Assembly: GCA_965198175.1 (NCBI GenBank)
Contig: OZ240245.1
Span: 2,944,001-3,008,000 of the forward strand
DNA from: Candidatus Poribacteria bacterium
Lineage (GTDB): Bacteria; Poribacteria; WGA-4E; PCPOR2b
Reading direction: 5' to 3'
DNA length: 64,000 bases
The notes beneath the pieces were generated by a model. It saw only the letters and a list, made by a program, of their open reading frames with translations. It ran no database searches and was not told the DNA's origin. This document shows, in pieces, positions 39,421-47,713 of this stretch. Each line of letters opens with the position of its first letter. Within the stretch, counting starts at the first letter, position 1. The position numbers and the translations under genes are program-made.

Positions 39421-39457
39421 GCCTTAATTCAATTGAGTCCGTACGGATTTAACAAAC

Positions 39458-39552
39458 GGATCTCATGCCGAAGTCCTCGAACCCAAAAACCTCCGTCGTA
39501 AAATCCGGAAAGACGCAGAAAAAATGAAAAACTTTACAACGAAGAGATGTGA
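39458..39552 (+). pseudogene. C-terminal fragment of a WYL/WCX-domain regulator
   Basis: GSHAEVLEPKNLRRKIRKDAEKM(K-LYNEEM*) matches the G..xEVLEP..LR..I......M...Y end of WYL proteins; no start or N-terminus. Confidence 0.6.
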
Positions 39553-39697
39553 GGCACTTATAGCTATTTCCCGCTTGGCTTGGATTGCCAAATCCAAGCC
39601 TTGACCGATGAAGTTGTCAATCCACGGAAGCGATACGGTGTGGAAACCATCTCGTTGACTAATACAGTTTTTTTTATGAACTCGGTTTCTACATACC

Positions 39698-39976
39698 ATG
39701 CGCACCTACGTCATCTACGACATCGTAAAAGACCGTATCCGCAAAAAGATAGCGGACATCTGTCTCGATTACGGCTTAGAACGCATCCAATACAGCGCAT
39801 TCCTCGGCAACATCAACACCACGCGGCGGCGCGCGTTGGAGGAAAAACTGGCAGCGCAACTCGGAAAAACGGAAGGGAAAAGTCGATCGCAGCGTGAAAT
39901 CCAGATCCAGCGCGGATCAGCGGATTGTTTTAGGGAGGATTGGCGCATTTGCATGGGCATTGTAGCGGCATATTAG
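39698..39976 (+). CDS. cas2: CRISPR-associated endoribonuclease Cas2 (C-terminus possibly degenerate)
   Basis: YVIYDI..DR.R.K.A..C.DYGL.RIQYSAF.G. Confidence 0.9.
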   Translation: MRTYVIYDIVKDRIRKKIADICLDYGLERIQYSAFLGNINTTRRRALEEKLAAQLGKTEGKSRSQREIQIQRGSADCFREDWRICMGIVAAY

Positions 39977-40224
39977 GGCGATCCAAGCTCGATTTTCGGC
40001 AGGTTGGTAAGACGTTTCACACGATATACTGGCTTACAGGGCAAAACTGAACATTTTCGAAAATGCGAATAAGAACCTCCTAAATACCCACGACGACTGA
40101 ACCCGTCGCACATAAACAGTTTTCCATTGACACAGAGTGGAGTATGTGCAATGATAACACAAGAAACATATAAATGTAGATTCCTACTACGTTTATCCGA
40201 TCTACGATTCTCTACGCGAGGTCG

Positions 40225-40261
40225 GTAACATTCCATACCGCGATGAAAAGCGGACTGAAAG
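40225..40261 (+). CRISPR. Single CRISPR repeat preceded by an AT-rich leader (about 39990-40224)
   Basis: 37-nt GTAACATTCCATACCGCGATGAAAAGCGGACTGAAAG with CCGC/GCGG hairpin and GAAAG 3' end, about 250 nt downstream of cas2; no second intact copy seen. Confidence 0.7.
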
Positions 40262-40269
40262 GGTACCCC

Positions 40270-40300
40270 AGTGGTTAGTTGCTAGTGGTCAGTGGCTAGT
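40270..40300. repeat. Degenerate heptamer tandem repeat (AGTGGTT AGTTGCT AGTGGTC AGTGGCT)
   Basis: Four 7-nt units read directly from the sequence. Confidence 0.75.
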
Positions 40301-41101
40301 AGACTTCTGTACCAATGGAGTGTGATTGCACATGCGTTGCATCTGCCGCAATAGGGCAACGGACATGCCACCGAAGTGCGTGCTGCTATGCTACCAGCGT
40401 CCGAATGTTTTTTGCGGAACGAACCCAAACCAGCCGAAAACTCCCATCCTCGTTTCAACGCCGAATGTTCTAGATTCTGTGCTGATGAAAAAGGCAATGA
40501 AAGACGCGACAAAATGACGCAGATAGGACATATCCACGCGGGCGATCCGGCTGTTCTGAAGAACGTGTCCACCTTCGGAGTCTGCACGTTTCGTGGGCGA
40601 TATGGTATAATTAGTGGCGATAGGGACCGGCAATCTTTTCTGAGATCTCGCTTGTAACCTCCCTTATGGGCGAGCACAACCTCGGCGGCAAGCGAGGAGG
40701 CGACTGAAGACCGAGAAGACAACGCCGTTGATGTATCGGATGAAAATTTTAAAGACACTGACTTCCTGTTTGACAAGCATTGCGAATCTCGAAAAATTGC
40801 TAGCGCCGCGGTCTTGCATAAACTGTACGCAGTCGCATAAAAACCACAGCAGCAAGAGTTGACGTAGCGAAGTGTCGCGCGGAAAGTGTCTGCAGCCGGT
40901 ACAGCGCGGGCGTCGGCGTCCGCACGATAACGCAAGGACACCCGAACTTTCAGGCAGTTGGAGCGTGAGCAACATTATCGCAAGCAGCTGCAAAACCGGA
41001 TTCCAATAGTCACGGCACGCGCTGGATCGACACCGACCGTCCTAGAGCGCAACATTAAACACATGGAAAGGGCAGCCGAAGGTTAGACTGCCACAGAGCG
41101 C

Positions 41102-42076
41102 ATGAAAATCGGCATTACTGGCGGCGACCCCGCGGGAATCGGGCTCGAAGTCGTTCTTGGGGCGTTGCCTTCGCTACTATCACGGGCAGAGTGGATTCTC
41201 TATACCGATACCGCCGACTTCAAGCAAAACATAGATTGTTTTGCACCGGACCTCCCATGGGCTGTCCTTGAGGACAACTGCCGCACCGAAGCGGGCTGCC
41301 TTTGGCTCCGATCGACCGGTAACGGCACCGCGACCGCTTGGGGCGCAGTCTCTGCTCAGACTGGACAACGCGCCCTGATCGCGCTTCAAGCCGCAAGCCG
41401 AGATGCCCGGTCCGGTGACATCGACGCCATGGTGACTGCACCTCTCAGCAAGCAAGCCGTTGGGAACGGGTTTTCTGGTCACACGGAGTTTCTCAAGCGC
41501 GACGCAGGTGCGCAGCAGGTAGCGATGTCATTCTTCACCCAGACCTTCAAGGTGGTCCTGGCGACAACGCACCTGTCGGTGGTAGACGCAATCGCGTCTC
41601 TATCTCGGTCGATTTACCGGAAACTGATTCGGCTCATTGACGCGGAATTCCGCCGATTTGCATATCCCCGACCAAGGATTGCCGTAGCAGCGGTCAACCC
41701 CCATGCGGGTGAAGGCGGTATGTTCGGAAACGAAGATCGGGATGTTCTCGCACCCGCTGTTTGCGACTGCGTCGCTGAAGGCATCCTCGTTTCGGGGCCG
41801 TTTCCCGCCGACAGCCTGTATCCGCGGGCGTATGCGGGCGAATTCGATGTCGTCCTCGCACCGTATCACGATCAGGGGCTGATACCGATCAAACTCATCG
41901 CACCGCGTTCAGCAGCCAATGTGACCCTCGGTCTGCCGTATATCCGTACCTCGCCCGACCACGGCACCGCGTTCGACATTGCCGGACGCGGACAAGCCGA
42001 CCCAGGCGGGATGCTGACTGCGATGCAGTGGGCGCTCGAACTTCGCGAAAGGTTAGCGGGTGCCGGCAAGCGATGA
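41102..42076 (+). CDS. pdxA: 4-hydroxythreonine-4-phosphate dehydrogenase (PdxA family)
   Basis: GDPAGIG.E, TAPLSK, GHTEFL, NPHAGEGG.FG.E, YHDQGL, RTSPDHGTAFDIAG. Confidence 0.95.
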   Translation: MKIGITGGDPAGIGLEVVLGALPSLLSRAEWILYTDTADFKQNIDCFAPDLPWAVLEDNCRTEAGCLWLRSTGNGTATAWGAVSAQTGQRALIALQAASRDARSGDIDAMVTAPLSKQAVGNGFSGHTEFLKRDAGAQQVAMSFFTQTFKVVLATTHLSVVDAIASLSRSIYRKLIRLIDAEFRRFAYPRPRIAVAAVNPHAGEGGMFGNEDRDVLAPAVCDCVAEGILVSGPFPADSLYPRAYAGEFDVVLAPYHDQGLIPIKLIAPRSAANVTLGLPYIRTSPDHGTAFDIAGRGQADPGGMLTAMQWALELRERLAGAGKR

Positions 42077-42218
42077 GGTACAGGTGGCACCACCGTATCT
42101 CTCATAAAACGCTCAATTCCTCTATTTTCTTTTTCTTTGATATGTGCTATAATGATTGGCGTCTCTAAACCGATAAATCTCGTTAGAAATTATCATTGAG
42201 GAATGAATCTGCTGACCA

Positions 42219-43055
42219 ATGTGGAGGAATATTGAAATGAAAGCTATCTCGACAACACGCACCTTATTCAGTTTAATCGTCATGGGGCTGATGTTTAGCG
42301 GTCTCTCGTATTCCCAGATTGCATTTGATGACGTTGTCTCACGTTGGGACTTCGATCAGGGTGACGGTACGCAAGATTCCGTCGGCGGGCATAACGGGAA
42401 ACTCAAAGGCGACCCGAAATTGGTAGACGGCAAATTCAAAAAAGCGATGAGTTTCGACGGCAAAAGCTTTATGCAAGTTGATCCAAAACCTTTCAAATTC
42501 AATGAGCCACAAAATTTCTCCGTCTCCGTGTGGGTCAAGGTCGAAGCGCGGTCGGGATGGCAGCGAATCTACAATTGCTGGCGTTGGGGCGGTTACTTTC
42601 TGGGCGAACTCGCTGGTAACGGCGGAATTGAATTGAGAATGGAGCGTAATGTTCCCAACTGCGATGTCAACCCCGCAGGTTGTTTGCTGATTCCTGTCGA
42701 GGATGTGCCGCTCGGTGAGTGGATTCATGTTGCATTTTCCGTCGACTGGGAGGACAAGGCAAGACTTTACGCGAACGGTGAAGAAAAAGCTAGTGCAAAG
42801 ATTGATGGTCCCTTCCAATATTGGTCCCGTCTGCATAATGAGGATACAACGGTTGACACATTAGGAATCGGCGCCAGAATAGACAACGGTCCGACCGAAT
42901 TCTTCCACGGCGACATTGACCAGCTTGTAGTCTTCAGCGTTGCACTGACTGACGATGAAATCGAGACCATTTTTGAGGATGGGTTAGGTAATGTGCTCAC
43001 GGTTTCTCCCACAGGCAAACTCGCCACAACATGGGGCACACTCAAAACAAAGTAA
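42219..43055 (+). CDS. Secreted LamG-like (ConA jelly-roll) protein with Poribacteria-type C-terminal motif
   Basis: Signal peptide, W.FD, GKF..A..FDG, W.HVA, LY.NG, F.G.ID, TVSPTGKLATTWGTLK. Confidence 0.88.
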   Translation: MWRNIEMKAISTTRTLFSLIVMGLMFSGLSYSQIAFDDVVSRWDFDQGDGTQDSVGGHNGKLKGDPKLVDGKFKKAMSFDGKSFMQVDPKPFKFNEPQNFSVSVWVKVEARSGWQRIYNCWRWGGYFLGELAGNGGIELRMERNVPNCDVNPAGCLLIPVEDVPLGEWIHVAFSVDWEDKARLYANGEEKASAKIDGPFQYWSRLHNEDTTVDTLGIGARIDNGPTEFFHGDIDQLVVFSVALTDDEIETIFEDGLGNVLTVSPTGKLATTWGTLKTK

Positions 43056-43093
43056 GCGGCATCTTTTTGTTTCAGACTCACAGAATTTTTATT

Positions 43094-43283
43094 TCAGGAC
43101 TTACGGAGTGGAACACTCAATGGGATGACAATATCTGTAGGATCAACCGACCGAATAGGGAGGGCGATAGTCCTGCTTAGCTTCCTAGTCCCGAAGGTCG
43201 GGACAGGGATGTCCCTCCTAACAGGAGCAGAAGGGCAACCCCCCTTATCAAGGGGGAAAGGTGTTTGACTGCATAAGTCATAT
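43094..43283. mobile_element. MITE/REP-like non-coding element
   Basis: Imperfect terminal inverted repeats GACTTACGGA ... TGCATAAGTC enclosing several hairpins (GTCCCGAAGGTCGGGAC, CCCCCTTATCAAGGGGG); the same end motif TGCGTAAGTCC occurs at 1447-1457. Confidence 0.45.
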
Positions 43284-43566
43284 ATTTTTTCTGTTTTGTT
43301 ATAATTGTGTTATTTTTATGCTATAATGATTGACGATTCCAATGGGGGAAGTCGAGCTAGAGAATTTTGAGCCGGTGCCAATGTGTTGCCCGGCGATTTG
43401 TCGAACAATGTTGATATTAGGATTGATAACGTGGAGTTCAAATGGTATCATTTTATTCGTAAGAAGTATGTCAATGTTGAAATGGAAACTCGCGGCCACC
43501 CTCGTGGTGGCAGCAATCTCACTAGATTAAAACATCTGTCACTACATTTAGGAGAATGTCTCTATT

Positions 43567-46140
43567 ATGAAACACAAATTTTGGTTTAAACCCCTTGTCC
43601 TCGCGCTCGGTTTCGCGGTGTTGCTCTTGTTGAGCGACTCGCTGGTTGCCCTCGCGCAGGATTCACAGGATTCAGAAGAAGATATGGAATCTGGTGCGCC
43701 AGTCATTGAGCTCGAAGAACAAGTGGTAATCGGTTCAAGAGCGCAACCCCGTTCTGTCATTGATTCGGCGGTGCCGGTTGACACCATTCGCGGTGATGAT
43801 CTCGCCAAGCAAGGTGTCACGGATTTACAAGACATGTTTAGAAACTTGGTGCCTTCCTACAATGTCAACATCCAGCCAATCAGCGATGCGGGAACGGTTG
43901 TTCGACCTGCAAATTTACGAGGACTGGCGCCGGACCACACACTGGTGCTTGTCAACAATAAACGGCGTCACCGTGCGGCGGTGATTCACTGGCTAGGCAA
44001 TGGCTTGGCTGATGGCGCACAGGGACCTGACCTGTCTGCCATCCCAGCAATCGCGCTGAGACAGGTGGAGATACTACGGGACGGTGCAGCAGCCCAATAT
44101 GGTTCCGATGCCATCGCAGGTGTGATGAACTTCCAACTCAAAGACAGCCATGAGGGCGGCTCCATTGAATTCAAACCTGGTATTTATCAGTATGGGGATG
44201 GTCGTTCCTACGCAGTCGCTGGCAATATCGGTTTGGGTAGCGAGGAAACTTGGGCAAATCTGAGCTTGGAATATGGCGGTTCAGACCCGACTATCCGCTC
44301 CGTACAACGAGATGATGCCATAGATTTAGAGGGTGCTGGCAATATCAACGTGAGAAACCCGGCGCAAATTTGGGGACAACCCATTACAGAAGGAGACCTT
44401 AAATTCTTCGCCAACTATGGGAGCGTCCTCACGGATAACATTGATTTCTATGGGCATGCCAACTATGCCAGTAAACGAGTCGACGGCGGATTCTATTTCC
44501 GAAATCCCAATACCCGCAGCGGCGTGTTTAGCACTGACGGGGGTGAAACTTTGCTCGTTGGGAATTTGGCAGGAGGGGAATATCCCAACATCCCCATCAC
44601 CGACAATAAGCCTGACCCGGAGGAGTTGGCAAAGGTTTTTGCAGATCCCAATTTATTCACCTTCCAGGAGATGTTCCCGGGCGGGTTCACACCGAGATTT
44701 GGGGCAGACGCAGTGGATAGCTCTGTTCTCATCGGGCTTAAAGGCACCGCTTTGGAAGCGATGCTTACCTCAGGATTAGGCTGGGATTTGAGTGCCTATT
44801 TTGGACGGCACCATGCCGATTTCTTTATCTACAACACCGTCAACGCCTCGCTTGGTCCGGATACGCCGACCGATTTTAATCCGGGTGACTACATCCAGAC
44901 CGATTACAACCTTAACTTTGATGTGACGCACGAGCTTAGCGACATGCTGTTCCTGGCTTCGGGGCTGGAATATCGAAACGAGGGTTTTGAAGTGGTTGAG
45001 GGCCAAAGAGAATCCTATCAAATTGGTCCGTTGGCGGGCCAAGGCTTCAGTGCTGCCTCCAACGGATTTTCAGGATTTGGTCAACTTACCGCGGGCGAAT
45101 GGAACCGCGCCAACGTTGCCGCCTATTTGGAAAGCGAAATTAGACCGCATAAGCACTGGTTGGTCGGTGTTGCTGTCCGAGGTGAAGACTTTGAAGATTT
45201 CGGACAGACCTTCAACTATAAGGTCGCCACAAATGTCGGCGTTACAGATTTCCTTGAAGACGCCGGTATGATCGGAAATGACGAGATGGTCCTGAAATTC
45301 CGTGGCAGTTATAGCACTGGATTTAGGGCACCGACGCCAGGGCAACAAAACACCTTCAACGTTACCACCGAATTCAATTTTGACAAGGATGATTTGGTCA
45401 ATAACGGAACCATCCCTTCAACTAACAAAGCCGCTGCGTTGGTGGGTGGTAAGGCGCTTGAGCCAGAAACCTCCACAAACTTCACCAGCGGTTTCACCTT
45501 TGAGGTGAGGGACATAAACCTTACCATAGACCTGTTTGATATTCGAATGCAGGACCGGTTAGCCCTGTCCCAAGACTTTGCACTGACCGAAGAACAGAAG
45601 GTGGAGTTGCTTAAGGCCGGTGTGACCAGCGCGGCGAACCTACAGGAATTCCGATTCTTTACTAACGACTTCGATACAACAACCCAAGGTGTTGATGTCG
45701 TCCTCACGGTCCCCGTACCGAATGGCGATGTCATCGCTGTTTATAATCGCACAGAGACGACGGTTACCGATTTCAATCCGGTAACGCTCGATGACCTGCG
45801 GATCAAAGAATTGGAAGAGAACCTGCCGAAACAGCGTGGGAGTCTCACGGTAACACAATCTATAACCAGCCAATGGAGCGTGCTGGGTCGGGGCAGTTAT
45901 TACGGTGATTGGTACGATTCTGAGGATGATGAAACGTATACCGGCAAGGTGCTTTATGACCTGGAAACGAGTTACCTAGCGAGTTCCGGCATCATCATAA
46001 CGCTCGGTGTCCAGAATCTCCTCAACACCTATCCCGATGAAAATCCGAAGTCCGGTAATATTGGCAACCAATACGGTCAATTCAGTCCGTTCGGATTTAA
46101 CGGCGCGTTCTGGTATTCTAAGTTCGGTTATAGTTTCTAA
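43567..46140 (+). CDS. TonB-dependent outer-membrane receptor
   Basis: Signal peptide, VVIGSR TonB box, LRGL.PD.TLVLVN.KRRH, EILRDGAAAQYGSDAIAGV, LEPETS, terminal YSF. Confidence 0.95.
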   Translation: MKHKFWFKPLVLALGFAVLLLLSDSLVALAQDSQDSEEDMESGAPVIELEEQVVIGSRAQPRSVIDSAVPVDTIRGDDLAKQGVTDLQDMFRNLVPSYNVNIQPISDAGTVVRPANLRGLAPDHTLVLVNNKRRHRAAVIHWLGNGLADGAQGPDLSAIPAIALRQVEILRDGAAAQYGSDAIAGVMNFQLKDSHEGGSIEFKPGIYQYGDGRSYAVAGNIGLGSEETWANLSLEYGGSDPTIRSVQRDDAIDLEGAGNINVRNPAQIWGQPITEGDLKFFANYGSVLTDNIDFYGHANYASKRVDGGFYFRNPNTRSGVFSTDGGETLLVGNLAGGEYPNIPITDNKPDPEELAKVFADPNLFTFQEMFPGGFTPRFGADAVDSSVLIGLKGTALEAMLTSGLGWDLSAYFGRHHADFFIYNTVNASLGPDTPTDFNPGDYIQTDYNLNFDVTHELSDMLFLASGLEYRNEGFEVVEGQRESYQIGPLAGQGFSAASNGFSGFGQLTAGEWNRANVAAYLESEIRPHKHWLVGVAVRGEDFEDFGQTFNYKVATNVGVTDFLEDAGMIGNDEMVLKFRGSYSTGFRAPTPGQQNTFNVTTEFNFDKDDLVNNGTIPSTNKAAALVGGKALEPETSTNFTSGFTFEVRDINLTIDLFDIRMQDRLALSQDFALTEEQKVELLKAGVTSAANLQEFRFFTNDFDTTTQGVDVVLTVPVPNGDVIAVYNRTETTVTDFNPVTLDDLRIKELEENLPKQRGSLTVTQSITSQWSVLGRGSYYGDWYDSEDDETYTGKVLYDLETSYLASSGIIITLGVQNLLNTYPDENPKSGNIGNQYGQFSPFGFNGAFWYSKFGYSF

Positions 46141-46226
46141 CATAGTTCAGTAGTCAGTAGTTTGGGTTTCACTATATTTGTGGGGCTTCAAGCAGAATCG
46201 AACCTCTGCGTTGGCAAGTCGGCTAG

Positions 46227-46288
46227 GAGCACGGTGGAGTTGGTCTTGATGGGCAACAAAGATCCCCTCCAGCCGTGCTCTTTTTTTT
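46227..46288 (+). terminator. Intrinsic terminator after the TonB-dependent receptor
   Basis: GAGCACGG-TGGAG...CTCCA-GCCGTGCTC stem followed by T8. Confidence 0.7.
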
Positions 46289-46544
46289 GATGTACACTGC
46301 AACACGTCACGGTCCCGTCATTATCGGTGACTTTAGACCAGCTTATGTTTTTGTCATACGGTTATCCCCCAAACGCTAGACAGTTGAATAAACCGAAAAT
46401 TAACCTTCTCCCCCTCCTTGCACTTTGCTATTAAACATTGACTTGTGACACTTGTGCTACGAAGTTGTATCACTCCTACAACAGCATCCCCTCATACAAT
46501 CTTGGTATCCCCAACCCCATGTTACGATGTCGCGAGATTCGGTT

Positions 46545-46561
46545 TTGGCATCTTAATTGCT
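46545..46561 (+). promoter_or_regulatory. Sigma54 (-24/-12) promoter
   Basis: TTGGCATCTTAATTGCT has GG-N10-GC spacing, upstream of the 46718 ORF. Confidence 0.7.
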
Positions 46562-46717
46562 TTCTTCAAGATAAGCGCTAGTAATTTTACTTCAGCGCAA
46601 TTGGAACGAATTCACCTTTAATCCTTTTCAAGCCCGTTCAAACGATAGGGGTATGTTTATTTTCAACTGGATTGTGCGGAATAAATTCCGTTCGATCACA
46701 TATTAGGAGGAGTCATA

Positions 46718-47293
46718 ATGAAGAGTTGTTGTTTCATCGCTTTATTGGCATTCGTAACAATCATTAGTTGCTTAGGGCTCAAATCGTCTGAGGCATTAGC
46801 AGATACCCACACAAGCGAAGCGACTGCAGATGATAGTGCAGGGAAGTTTGGAATCGGGTTTCACAGTACCTTTCCACTTAGTGGTATCAGTGCCAAGTAT
46901 TGGGCACCAACAGGGATAGGTTTTCAGGGATTCCTTATGCGCGCGGGTTTTTCTGTACCAACTGAAGATATCTCCGCGTCAATGACCATGCTCGGTGGCA
47001 GATTCTTGTACACGGTTCAGAAGAAGTCACGAGCCAGACTTTATCTTGGGGGCGGCCTGAATTACGCAGATGCAAGCGCACGCGAAGATGACGAAGAAAT
47101 CTCCGGTGGTAGCGGTTTAGGGTTTGAAGGGGTTGGGGGAGTTGAATATTCTTTTAGCGATCTCCCAAATCTTGGTTTTGCATTTGAGTTTGGAATTAAT
47201 TTCCTTCGACTCAGTGCAGAAGAATATGAAGATGACGAATTAAACTTACACTTTACAACTTCAGGAACAGTTGGTATCCATTATTACTTCTAG
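46718..47293 (+). CDS. Small outer-membrane beta-barrel protein
   Basis: Signal peptide, alternating Gly/aromatic strands, C-terminal GIHYYF; AGGAG RBS. Confidence 0.8.
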   Translation: MKSCCFIALLAFVTIISCLGLKSSEALADTHTSEATADDSAGKFGIGFHSTFPLSGISAKYWAPTGIGFQGFLMRAGFSVPTEDISASMTMLGGRFLYTVQKKSRARLYLGGGLNYADASAREDDEEISGGSGLGFEGVGGVEYSFSDLPNLGFAFEFGINFLRLSAEEYEDDELNLHFTTSGTVGIHYYF

Positions 47294-47713
47294 GTACCTG
47301 TCTGGAAACATTCCAAATAGAGCGTGTTACTAGCTTGTGTTAGCCGACTATGCCGGCAGGGGCAACGAGCTAACAGCACGCTCCGCTCCTCCCATCAAAG
47401 CTTGGTTCTCCGCTGAATCGTCTTCAGAACTTGGGAAGCAGGTACTCTCCCCGCCAAATCCACTCTGCAAACGTGGCGCGCCATCCTGTGTTTTTTCCTG
47501 TGCACTATTCCTCTTGTCGAAACGAATCTTCTCCCAACTATGAATACGAGTTGGCGACAAGTATCTCCTAGGATATTACGATTCCAGCTCTATATCCCCT
47601 CTCGCAAAACTGAGGTCAGCCGCGCTGAGGTTTTTTCTTGCAATTATTATCGCGCTGTGCTAAAATCACTCGCTGTGAGGTCAATCCATTGATAAGGAGA
47701 TAGGTCCAAGGAT

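Noticed and set aside
40336..40372. Possible degenerate second CRISPR repeat (CCGCAATAGGGCAACGGAC)
   Set aside because: Only weak similarity, and the implied spacer (about 75 nt) is too long
43290..43566. Cobalamin/TPP riboswitch or Pho box upstream of the TonB receptor
   Set aside because: No B12 box or TPP core recognised; only one CTGTCAC half-site and one hairpin
46180..46290. Possible 6S or other ncRNA after the TonB receptor
   Set aside because: Adequately explained as a long terminator hairpin; no family signature recognised
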